Shown here: positions 8,995 through 18,259 of the stretch, in pieces
How the letters are laid out: every line of letters starts with the position of its first letter
How positions within the stretch are numbered: the stretch's first letter is position 1
Assembly (NCBI GenBank): GCA_963677485.1
Contig: OY781964.1
Coordinates: forward strand, 3,520,001 to 3,584,000
Origin: Armatimonadota bacterium
GTDB lineage: Bacteria; Armatimonadota; HRBIN16
Length of the DNA stretch: 64,000 bases
Direction: 5' to 3'
Notes under the pieces: generated by a model
The model's database searches: none
Told to the model about the DNA's origin: nothing
Seen by the model: the letters and a program-made list of their open reading frames with translations, nothing else
Made by a program: the position numbers and the translations under genes

Positions 8995-11136
8995 TTGATA
9001 CAAGTTAAGCTTCCGCGTGCGTTTTGGGCAGCCGTGCTCGCAACACTGGTGTTGACACTTGGGAATTGCCCCAAGGCCTTTGCCCAGGGAGGCACCATTG
9101 AATCCTGGGGATTATATAAAGTAGTTCCTGGTGGGCTCAAAGGAATCGTGGCCATGGATGGAGGTGGCGTTCACAACGCAGCACTCAGGCGCGATGGGTC
9201 AGTCATTTGCTGGGGTGATAATAGCTGCGCTCAGGGAATGGTGCCCTCTCCCAACCAAGATTTTATCGAAGTTGCCGCTGGGTATCATTATACTGTCGGT
9301 TTGAAACGCGATGGCTCTGTGGTCTGCTGGGGCGAAAACCATGTGGGCCAGTGCACGGTGCCTTCACCTAACAAGGACTTCATCGCTATCTCCAGTAGTT
9401 ACCAGCACACTGTCGGATTGAAGCGTGATGGAACTGTCGTTTGCTGGGGTGATAACACAACGGGTCAGTGCAGTGTTTATGCACCCAACCAAGACTTCAC
9501 CACAGTTTCGGCAGGCGGAGGCCACAGTGCTGGCTTAAAAACGGACGGATCGGTAGTATGCTGGGGAGATAACAGCCTTGGCCAGTACAGTGTGCCTGAG
9601 CCCAATAAGGATTTCGTGGCTATCTCTGCAGGAGAATCCCATACCGTCGGATTGAAAAGAGACGGTTCCGTAGTAGGATGGGGTCAGAACTGGTATAAAG
9701 AGTGTGACACTCCTGCGCCGAATCAAGACTTCATCGCCGTCTCCGCTGGCAAATTCCACACCGTGGGCTTGAAGAAAGACGGAACCATCGTGTGTTGGGG
9801 TAGATACTCCGAAGGACAACTTAGTGTACCCGCACCCAACAAAGATTTCGTTGCTGTGACTGCTGGAGACTGGCATTCAGCTGGCCTAAAACGCGATGGT
9901 TCGGTTGTTGCCTGGGGTGACAACTACTGGATACAGAGCAGTGTTCCTGGAGATAACCAGGACTTCATAGCCGTCAGCGCTAGAAATATGCACGTCTGCG
10001 GGATGAAAAGCGATGGATCACTTGTTTTCTGGGGTGATAAGGGCTCCCATCTGTATGACATACCCACTCCGAATAAGGATTTTATGTCTGTGTCAATAGG
10101 AACCAACCAGGCAGTCGGACTGAAGAAAGACGGCACGGTGGTTTGTTGGGGATATAACGGATATGGCGAATGCAATATCCCTGCGCCCAACAGCGACTTC
10201 ACTGCCGCTGCTGCCGGCGGTTTCCATTCAATAGGATTGAAGAGCAATGGTTCTGTTGTCTGCTGGGGATCAAATACATATGGCCAGTGCAATGTACCTA
10301 GCCCCAATCTAGGTTTTAGTGCACTTGCCGGTGGTGAAAACTTTACTGTCGGGCTAAAGAGCAACGGGACAATCGTGTGTTGGGGTAGAAATGACTTCAA
10401 CCAGTGCACAGTACCGGCACCGAACCAGGATTTTGTGGCTGTGGCAGCCGGTGACAGCCATGTCATTGGGCTAAAATCAAACGGCTCCGTAGTCTGCTGG
10501 GGTAGAAACTACTTCGGGGAATGCGGTGTACCTACTCCAAATACTGAATTTGTTGCGATCTCAGCGAGTCCCTATCAGTCCTGTGGCCTTAAACGTGATG
10601 GATCAATAGTTGTTTGGGGCAGCAACATAAAGTCAGAGAAAACTGTACCAGAGCCAAACAGTGGATTTACAGCAATTGCGATGGGTTGGAGTTTTGTATC
10701 TGCCATACGCAGCAATAACACTATGTCTGGGCAGGTACAACTGAACAATTTCACCGGCAGCTTACCAGGGCAATTGTTCTCTGCGATCGTGAGTAGCACA
10801 GCCGCACCCAGTATCAGGCAGTACCTTAGTGTAGTGCCACAAAGCGACGGTCAGTATTCCCTCTCTACCTACTTGCGACCACCATACGACATACAGATCA
10901 GCAGCCCGCATTTCCTGACGGCTAAAGCTGCGAATGTCGGCGTTGGACAAAGTCCCAATGTCGCACTGGTCAATGGCGATGCAGATGGAGATAACCAGGT
11001 CAACCTGTTCGACTTCGTGGTGCTGGATCAGCACTTCGGCAGCAATGACCCCATGGCTGACCTGGATGGTGACGGGCAGGTGAACCTGTTTGACTACGTG
11101 GTCATCGACCAGAACTTCGGCGCGCAAGGGGAGTAA
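8995..11136 (+). CDS. Secreted RCC1/BLIP-II-repeat protein with dockerin-like tail (paralog 5)
   Basis: Very regular 40-aa repeats; TTG start behind TGAGGAGATCATTC; signal peptide ending AFA-Q. Confidence 0.9.
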   Translation: MIQVKLPRAFWAAVLATLVLTLGNCPKAFAQGGTIESWGLYKVVPGGLKGIVAMDGGGVHNAALRRDGSVICWGDNSCAQGMVPSPNQDFIEVAAGYHYTVGLKRDGSVVCWGENHVGQCTVPSPNKDFIAISSSYQHTVGLKRDGTVVCWGDNTTGQCSVYAPNQDFTTVSAGGGHSAGLKTDGSVVCWGDNSLGQYSVPEPNKDFVAISAGESHTVGLKRDGSVVGWGQNWYKECDTPAPNQDFIAVSAGKFHTVGLKKDGTIVCWGRYSEGQLSVPAPNKDFVAVTAGDWHSAGLKRDGSVVAWGDNYWIQSSVPGDNQDFIAVSARNMHVCGMKSDGSLVFWGDKGSHLYDIPTPNKDFMSVSIGTNQAVGLKKDGTVVCWGYNGYGECNIPAPNSDFTAAAAGGFHSIGLKSNGSVVCWGSNTYGQCNVPSPNLGFSALAGGENFTVGLKSNGTIVCWGRNDFNQCTVPAPNQDFVAVAAGDSHVIGLKSNGSVVCWGRNYFGECGVPTPNTEFVAISASPYQSCGLKRDGSIVVWGSNIKSEKTVPEPNSGFTAIAMGWSFVSAIRSNNTMSGQVQLNNFTGSLPGQLFSAIVSSTAAPSIRQYLSVVPQSDGQYSLSTYLRPPYDIQISSPHFLTAKAANVGVGQSPNVALVNGDADGDNQVNLFDFVVLDQHFGSNDPMADLDGDGQVNLFDYVVIDQNFGAQGE

Positions 11137-11148
11137 GCACACCTTAAA

Positions 11149-11191
11149 TGCACCCACCCCGTCAGCGAAACCGCCGCACGGGGTGGGTGCA
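11149..11191 (+). terminator. 14-bp perfect stem-loop after paralog 5 (terminator-like, no U-tract)
   Basis: TGCACCCACCCCGT ... ACGGGGTGGGTGCA. Confidence 0.45.
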
Positions 11192-11248
11192 GGCGTGCCT
11201 CACTTCGGGTAAACTGCAAGGTAATAACCCTGCAAGGAGCCTGATCAC

Positions 11249-13558
11249 ATGAAGTTATGGTATCAACAACCCGCCGCACGCTGGGTGGAGGCGCTGCCCA
11301 TCGGAAATGGACGACTCGGCGCGATGCTCTACGGATCGCTGCCCACTGAGCGAATCCAGCTCAACGAAGACACATTCTGGTCAGGATACCCCTATGAGAG
11401 CATCAACCCCAAGGCGTTGGCAGCACTGCCCGAGGTCAGACGTCTGATTGCCGAAGGACAGTACCTGCAGGCAACAAAGCTAGCCGACGATTGTATGATG
11501 GGCATCCCGCTGGGTCTGCAGAGCTACCAAACTTTTGGAGAGTTAGCGATAGAACATGAGGGGCTGGGGTCATATACGGACTACCAGCGCGAGCTGGATA
11601 TCGCAACCGCCGTGACCCGAAGCCAGTTCAACAGCCACGGCACCGTGTTTACCCACGAGGCGTTCGCCTCGCACCCGGCACAGCTCATCGTGATGCGGAT
11701 CACCGCGGATAAGCCAGGCCAAATCAACCTGGACATCAATGCCGAATCACCGCTTGCGGAACGATCATCGGCGGAAGGTCCCCGCTGGGAGGTTAGTGGC
11801 CGATGGCGAAGCGGGTCCGGTGAGACTAGCCTGCCGGGCGAGGGGATACGGTTCGTGATGGCCGTGCAGCCTCGTGTGGAGGGTGGAACCTGCGACATCA
11901 CCGATGCGGGGATATCGATACGGAATGCCGACGAGGCCACCCTCTTCATCGCCGCGGGTACCAGCTATCTGAATGCCAAGGATATCAACGGCGACCCTTA
12001 CCGCAACATAGACCCTCAATTGGCGGCTGCGGTCACAAAGAGCTATGATGAGCTGCTCCAACGGCACATTGTCGACCATCAACGTCTGTTTTCTCGTGTC
12101 AGACTGGAACTGCCGCATTCTCCAAACGAGGCATTACCCACTGATGAGCGTCTGCAGAGGCATCAAGAGGGTGAGACCGACTGTAACCTGGCGGCTCTGC
12201 TGTTCCAATTTGGGCGTTACCTACTGATCGCCAGCAGCCGACCCGGCACGCAGCCGGCCAACCTGCAGGGCATCTGGAACGACAATCTGAACCCCGCCTG
12301 GGGCAGTAAGTGGACATGCAACATCAACACCGAAATGAACTACTGGCCCGCCGAAAGCACCAACCTCAGTGAATGCCATATGCCGCTGTTGAAGATGGTA
12401 GACGAGCTGGTAGAGAGCGGTAGCCGCACCGCGCAGCAGCATTACGGCTGCCGAGGCTGGGTGCTGCACCACAATACGGACATCTGGCACGCCACCACGC
12501 CGGTGGATGGCGCCGGGTGGGGTCTGTGGCCAACAGGCGGAGCCTGGCTGAGCACGCACCTCTGGCAGCACTACCTGTTCACCGGTGACCGTGCGTTCCT
12601 GGGCCAGGTTTACCCGATCATGGCTGGTTCGGCCCGGTTCCTGCTCGACTATTTGACTGAGAATGCCGCTGGGCAGTTGGTGACATTGCCATCCTGCTCG
12701 CCAGAGAACTTTTTTGTCACGCCGGATGGCCAGCGGGCCGGGCTGTGCGAGATGCCCACGATGGACATCGGCATCTGCCGTGATCTTTTTACGGCCTGCC
12801 TGGAGGGTGCCAGGGTTCTGGGCATCACCGACCCCATGACCACTGATATGAGCGAGGCTCTTGTCCGGCTGCCAGCCTATCAGATCGGTCAGCATGGGCA
12901 GTTGCAAGAGTGGCTGCATGATTTTGAGGAGACCGAGCCGCACCACCGCCATATGTCACACCTATACCCTCTCTACCCCGGTATGGAATTTGACTGGTCA
13001 CGCAGTCCTGAGCTGATGGAGGCCTGCCGGGTCACGATGGAACGCCGCGGTGATGTGGCCACAGGCTGGAGCATGGGCTGGAAGGTCTGCCTCTGGGCGC
13101 GGTTATGTGATGGCGACCGCGCCGAACGGCTGATCCGCACGCAACTGCATCTGTGTGATGAGAGCGAGGGGGTCGCACTCACCGGTGGCAGCTACCCCAA
13201 TATGTTTGACGCCCACCCGCCGTTCCAGATCGACGGCAACTTTGGGGCCACAGCCGGTATCGCCGAGATGCTGCTGCAAAGTCATGGCGGGGTGCTGCGC
13301 ATTCTACCCGCGCTGCCGTCGTTGTGGTACAGCGGAGAAGTGCGCGGCCTAGTCGCCCGTGGGGGGATCAGGGTGGACATTCGGTGGCGGGAGGGCAGGT
13401 TGGTGTCTCTGAAGCTGGGCTGCGACCACGTCCAGGAGCTAACGCTGCAGCTTCCCGGTGGTGCCAGACCGAGCGGTGATACGCCACTGAGCGCCAACGC
13501 TGATGGTCTGTGGCACGGCATGTTACCGGTGGGGGACAATCCGTTTATGTTTGCGTGA
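11249..13558 (+). CDS. Glycoside hydrolase family 95 (alpha-L-fucosidase-like), no signal peptide
   Basis: Motifs [23 protein letters not shown], [44 protein letters not shown]. Confidence 0.93.
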   Translation: MKLWYQQPAARWVEALPIGNGRLGAMLYGSLPTERIQLNEDTFWSGYPYESINPKALAALPEVRRLIAEGQYLQATKLADDCMMGIPLGLQSYQTFGELAIEHEGLGSYTDYQRELDIATAVTRSQFNSHGTVFTHEAFASHPAQLIVMRITADKPGQINLDINAESPLAERSSAEGPRWEVSGRWRSGSGETSLPGEGIRFVMAVQPRVEGGTCDITDAGISIRNADEATLFIAAGTSYLNAKDINGDPYRNIDPQLAAAVTKSYDELLQRHIVDHQRLFSRVRLELPHSPNEALPTDERLQRHQEGETDCNLAALLFQFGRYLLIASSRPGTQPANLQGIWNDNLNPAWGSKWTCNINTEMNYWPAESTNLSECHMPLLKMVDELVESGSRTAQQHYGCRGWVLHHNTDIWHATTPVDGAGWGLWPTGGAWLSTHLWQHYLFTGDRAFLGQVYPIMAGSARFLLDYLTENAAGQLVTLPSCSPENFFVTPDGQRAGLCEMPTMDIGICRDLFTACLEGARVLGITDPMTTDMSEALVRLPAYQIGQHGQLQEWLHDFEETEPHHRHMSHLYPLYPGMEFDWSRSPELMEACRVTMERRGDVATGWSMGWKVCLWARLCDGDRAERLIRTQLHLCDESEGVALTGGSYPNMFDAHPPFQIDGNFGATAGIAEMLLQSHGGVLRILPALPSLWYSGEVRGLVARGGIRVDIRWREGRLVSLKLGCDHVQELTLQLPGGARPSGDTPLSANADGLWHGMLPVGDNPFMFA

Positions 13559-13574
13559 GGTGGCGCTTCACCAT

Positions 13575-14125
13575 ACCCGTCGACGCGGGGATGGTGGTGT
13601 AGGTCGCGGTGATCTCCCCGTTGCCGCGGGTTTAGTCATTCGCAACCCGCAAGCAGGCGCAGGTGGCCCTCCGCCAGCGCCCGCAGGAGCGAAGCGACGC
13701 GGGCAGCAACCTGATCAGCGGCGGGTGATGGAGCCCCCTGGGGCGATGGAACCCGTCGACACGGGGCTGCTCACCCACATCGCAGGATGTCAGCCCCGCT
13801 GCCGCGGGTTTAGTCACCCCACGGGACTGGCGTCCCTTAACGGGGTTCCTGCACCGCGCGGCTGATCATTAGCGGCCGGCGTCGCTTCGCTCCGGCCGGC
13901 GCATGGGGAGGGTGGCCTTCCCGACGCCCGCCGGAACGCGGGCCGGTACTGATAAGCGATGGGTGACAGTGCCCGTACCGGGACGAAGTCACGGACGGGC
14001 CGCCGAACCCGTCGCCAGGGGCCACTGGCATAGGAGCGTAGGGGCGATTCGCGAATCGCCCTCATCTACGTAACACCTGGCCCATGGAACCCGTAGACAC
14101 GAGGCCGGCCAACCCCTATCGAAGC
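13575..14125. repeat. GC-rich mosaic of short direct/inverted palindromic repeats incl. a GTAG-type REP (14038-14061)
   Basis: ACCCGT(C/A)GAC(G/A)CG x3; CCCCG(T/C)TGCCGCGGGTTTAGTCA x2; GGAGCGAAGCGACGC and its inverse; GTAGGGGCGATTCGCGAATCGCCC. Confidence 0.7.
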
Positions 14126-14230
14126 AGCTAATCTCACGCATTCCGCAAGCGAGCTGCCCGCAAAGAAGGTATCACCCTACCAATCACCGAAACAAGGTAT
14201 GCATACACAAACCAAGACCAAGGAGCGACC

Positions 14231-15373
14231 ATGTTGACCACCCCAACAACCCAAACAGCACAGCTCGCGATGGACACCATCATGCGCAAACCGGTGAAGG
14301 GCATACCCACCTGGTTGCTGAATATCATGGAACATGACCACATCGACCCCCTGGCGGGGGTACCACAAGGAACCTACCGCGCGAACCCTGAGCCGACCTA
14401 TCTCGCCATGCAGCGCAACATCGGTGTGTGTATGCTGGACCAGTATATCTGGGACAACCCATTGAGCATGGGTCAGGCCGGTTACGAAGGCGCTGTGCAT
14501 GGGGCGACCACAGGCGCAGAGCAGATCATTCTTGACGGGATGTTGATTGACTCCCCGGAAGCGGTGATCGAGCATATGGAGCGATTTGTGTTCCCTGCAC
14601 TCAAGGGGTGGATAAGCAACTTCAACGAAGATGCCCAGTGCCGCCTTATCATCAACCAGGAGATGGCCATCCAAGAAAGCATCGGCCCCGCGATGCTGAA
14701 AACGGGGTATGGGTATATTTCATTCCCTGTGTTTTCGTATGGTCCGTATGGCTATGTGAACTACTTCTCCGCCTATGCGCTCTACCTCGAAGTGATCGAA
14801 AAACACTTCTCGCTTCAGGCCGATCTGGCCTTATTGAACAACCGGGCTGCAGCTCGGGCCATCACTGAAGGTGGCCTTCCGCTCCTCTATCGCCTTGATT
14901 TCGACATGGCGGATTCCCGAGGTACGCTGGTGAACATCAAGTCGCTGGATAGGATCTGGTTCCCGCACTTTGCACGCTGTCTTGAGCCGATACTGAGCAC
15001 TGACATGAACCTCATCTGGCACTGCGATGGCAACCTGATGCAGATGGTGTCGAGGCTGCTGGATGTGGGTATTCGGGGTTTTCAAGGCTTCCAGTATGAG
15101 GACGGGATGGACTACGAAAAGATCTGCCAGATGAAGACGCGAGACGGCGAGGAGCTCATCATTATCGCCGGAGTCTCTGTCACGCGCACGTTGCCGATGG
15201 GCACGCCAGCCGATGTGAAGCGTGAGATGGAGTTCCTGGTCCAACATGGACCCAAGACCGGCTTGTTCCTGGGAGGTTCCAGCTCCGTGGCACCGGGTGT
15301 GCCTTGGGAGAACCTGGAGACCTTCGTGCAGGGGTTGCAATATTACCAAGCCAACGGTCGCACGGGCGATTGA
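14231..15373 (+). CDS. Uroporphyrinogen decarboxylase (UroD/MtaA/CmuA) superfamily protein
   Basis: WHCDGN, GVSVTRTLPMGTPADVK, GGSSSVAPGVPWEN; AGGAG RBS. Confidence 0.75.
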   Translation: MLTTPTTQTAQLAMDTIMRKPVKGIPTWLLNIMEHDHIDPLAGVPQGTYRANPEPTYLAMQRNIGVCMLDQYIWDNPLSMGQAGYEGAVHGATTGAEQIILDGMLIDSPEAVIEHMERFVFPALKGWISNFNEDAQCRLIINQEMAIQESIGPAMLKTGYGYISFPVFSYGPYGYVNYFSAYALYLEVIEKHFSLQADLALLNNRAAARAITEGGLPLLYRLDFDMADSRGTLVNIKSLDRIWFPHFARCLEPILSTDMNLIWHCDGNLMQMVSRLLDVGIRGFQGFQYEDGMDYEKICQMKTRDGEELIIIAGVSVTRTLPMGTPADVKREMEFLVQHGPKTGLFLGGSSSVAPGVPWENLETFVQGLQYYQANGRTGD

Positions 15374-15430
15374 TACGCTGATATTCGTTACATACCTATG
15401 TCAAGTTCGCCTTAGTTTGGTTGACTATTT

Positions 15431-15463
15431 CTAGTCGGTGCCGCGTAAAAAGGCACCGACTAG
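15431..15463. terminator. 12-bp perfect inverted repeat downstream of the UroD-family gene
   Basis: CTAGTCGGTGCC-GCGTAAAAA-GGCACCGACTAG. Confidence 0.45.
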
Positions 15464-15887
15464 TATCGCCCGTTTCAGGCAGGCACCCCGCAAATCAGCA
15501 CCATTTAGATGTAAATCGGCACTGAGAAGATTAGCCTCTATCAAATGGTCTAGGTGCGCCGTGGCAGTGTCCTACATCAACCTGTATCCGCCACTGAGTA
15601 TGATTTTACCGGCCAGGTTTCGTCTATCTATCTTTGCATATGGTCACTCTGTCGATCGACTAGTATCGGTGCGTAATCATGCTTGTGAGCACATCAGCTA
15701 CTCAGCATTGTAGTATCTGGTTCATATTATCTTGGAGGCGATATCCGACGCATACCCCCTGAGAAGACGCGGGTAATGCGGTAAACTCGGAATGGAAGTG
15801 AACTTATCCATAAACGCATCGATATTTCATACTATTTAGGTACAATAGGCTAATGATCTGTATGATCTGACTCACAGGAGGCAGTCG

Positions 15888-18029
15888 ATGGCTAGTATTC
15901 AAGACTCTCGCATTCAAACAACTCCCATGACGATCTTAGTTTTGCTGATGGTTATCTGCAGCGGTCCATTATCCGCCCAATCGGGCACCATAGAAACCTG
16001 GGGGGCACGGCGCACTCCGCCTGGTGATCTGACGGGGTTTGTATCGGTTGATGGCGGATACCAGCATAACGCAGGCCTCAAGCAAGACGGCTCTGTGGTC
16101 TGCTGGGGCCGAAACGACCAAGGCCAGTGTACAGTGCCCGGCACGAACAGTGATTACATAGCCGTCTCTGCAGGGGACTTCCACACGGTTGGCTTGAAAA
16201 AGGATGGAACCATCGTCGCCTGGGGTTCCAACAGCAATGGACAGTGCAACCTTCCGGCACCCAATCTAAACTTCAAAGCTGTGTCCGCCGGTTACGCATA
16301 TACGGTTGCCCTAAAGAACGATGGTTCTGTGCTTGTGTGGGGTGATAACACCTATGGACAACGCACTGTGCCTGCCCCCAACCAGGATTTTGTAGCCATT
16401 TCCGCCGGTAACAGCCACGTGGTGGGACTTAAGAGCAATGGCACTGTGGTTTGTTGGGGTTCCAACTATTACACTCAGTGTACCGTGCCCGCTCCGAACG
16501 CCAACTTCGTAGCAATTAGTGCGGTTTTGGACCACACTCTCGGGTTAAAAAGCGACGGAACGGTTGTGGCTTGGGGTAAAAACTACAATGGCGAGTGCGA
16601 TATCCCCTTACCTAACGAGAATTACACTGCGATAGCGGCAGGGAGCTTCCACTCTATGGGATTGAAGAAAGATGGCATGGTTGTCTGCTGGGGATATCCA
16701 ACCGAGGGTGCGTTGAATATACCTGCACCGAACCAGGATTTTGCATCTGTCTCAGCCGGGGTGCATTATTCGATCGGCATAAAGCATGATGGCAGTGTCG
16801 TGGCGTGGGGTAACAACTACCATGGGGAGTGCAACCTTCCGGTACCCAATAGCGACATTAAAGCCATTTCTATTGGTGCAAACCACCTTGCAGCACTGAA
16901 GACCGACGGCAGTGTGGTGTGCTGGACCGAAAACATCAAGGGCCAGTGCGATGTGCCTGTCCCCAACCAGGGCTTCACTGCCGTGTCTGCGGGCGGGTTA
17001 CATACGGTAGGATTGAAGACAGACGGCTCCATCGTCATCTGGGGCGATAATGGCAAAGGTCAGCTCAACGTGCCCGATCCGAACAGTGGGTTCACAGCAG
17101 TTGCGGCTGGATATCAACACACAGTGGGGCTCAGGAGTGATGGTTCGGTGTCGTGCTGGGGATACAACTCCTACGGACAGTGTACTGTGCCCGCACCTAA
17201 CCAGGATTTCGCTGCCATTGCTGCCTCCCACAACCATACAGTGGGTTTGAAGCAAAATGGGTCTGTCGTGGCCTGGGGCGACAACAGCAGCGGCCAGTGC
17301 GCTGCGCCAGCATCCAACCAGGATTTCACAGCAGTCGCAGCGGGATGGGCCCATACTGTGGGATTGAAATCCAATGGAACGGTGGTCTGCTGGGGTGATA
17401 ACAGTTATGGGCAGACATCGGTTCCGGCTCCTAACCAGGATTTCATCGCCATTGCTGCCGGTGACTTCCACACAGCCGGGCTTAAGATCGATGGTTCCGT
17501 GGTGGTCTGGGGGTTGCGGCCCGATGGACAGAGCTCAGGACCTGCACCGAACAGCGGGTTTATGGGTATAGCAGCAGGGGCCAACACCACCGCTGCCATA
17601 CGGGGCATGCAGATTATGTCCGGCAATTTGCAGTTGGGCGACTTCGGCGGTGGATTGTCATCGACTCTGGTCACTGCATCCATAAAGAGTGCAGGCATAC
17701 CCGACATCACCCACTGCCTCAGCCTGCTGCCGCAGCCGAACGGGAATTACTCCTTCAGCACCTACCTGCAGCCGCCGTATGACATCCGCGTGAGCAGCCA
17801 GCACTTCCTGACAGCCAAAGCGACGAATGTGGCTGGTGGGCAAAGTGCCAATTTTGCTCTGGTGAACGGCGATGCGGATGGTGATGGCCAGGTCAACCTG
17901 TTCGACTTCGTGGTGTTGGACTCCAACTTCGGTAAATCCATTCCGATGGCAGACCTGGACGGCAACGGGCAGGTGAACCTGTTCGATTACGTGGTCATCG
18001 ACCAGAACTTCGGTGCCAAGGGGGATTGA
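15888..18029 (+). CDS. Secreted RCC1/BLIP-II-repeat protein with dockerin-like tail (paralog 6)
   Basis: 13 full repeats plus N- and C-terminal half repeats; AGGAGG RBS. Confidence 0.9.
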   Translation: MASIQDSRIQTTPMTILVLLMVICSGPLSAQSGTIETWGARRTPPGDLTGFVSVDGGYQHNAGLKQDGSVVCWGRNDQGQCTVPGTNSDYIAVSAGDFHTVGLKKDGTIVAWGSNSNGQCNLPAPNLNFKAVSAGYAYTVALKNDGSVLVWGDNTYGQRTVPAPNQDFVAISAGNSHVVGLKSNGTVVCWGSNYYTQCTVPAPNANFVAISAVLDHTLGLKSDGTVVAWGKNYNGECDIPLPNENYTAIAAGSFHSMGLKKDGMVVCWGYPTEGALNIPAPNQDFASVSAGVHYSIGIKHDGSVVAWGNNYHGECNLPVPNSDIKAISIGANHLAALKTDGSVVCWTENIKGQCDVPVPNQGFTAVSAGGLHTVGLKTDGSIVIWGDNGKGQLNVPDPNSGFTAVAAGYQHTVGLRSDGSVSCWGYNSYGQCTVPAPNQDFAAIAASHNHTVGLKQNGSVVAWGDNSSGQCAAPASNQDFTAVAAGWAHTVGLKSNGTVVCWGDNSYGQTSVPAPNQDFIAIAAGDFHTAGLKIDGSVVVWGLRPDGQSSGPAPNSGFMGIAAGANTTAAIRGMQIMSGNLQLGDFGGGLSSTLVTASIKSAGIPDITHCLSLLPQPNGNYSFSTYLQPPYDIRVSSQHFLTAKATNVAGGQSANFALVNGDADGDGQVNLFDFVVLDSNFGKSIPMADLDGNGQVNLFDYVVIDQNFGAKGD

Positions 18030-18259
18030 GGCGAACTTGGGTGGTAACGATGATGATCTCTTGCCACCCGTATACGATGACCCATAATGTGGTGCATACA
18101 TGGAATTGGTAAGTCATAATGCCAGTATTTCATGTGTACATGAATTAGTTCATCACTAGCAGCAGGTATCTTACACACGCAAGAACAATATCATACAATC
18201 AGGTGGCATGAACTGTAATACAACCTACAATGGTCGTTCGGAACGAGCGGAGGGAAGTC

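Noticed and set aside
13503-14065. ORFs within the GC-rich repeat mosaic
   Set aside because: Low-complexity Arg/Pro/Gly translations without RBS or motifs
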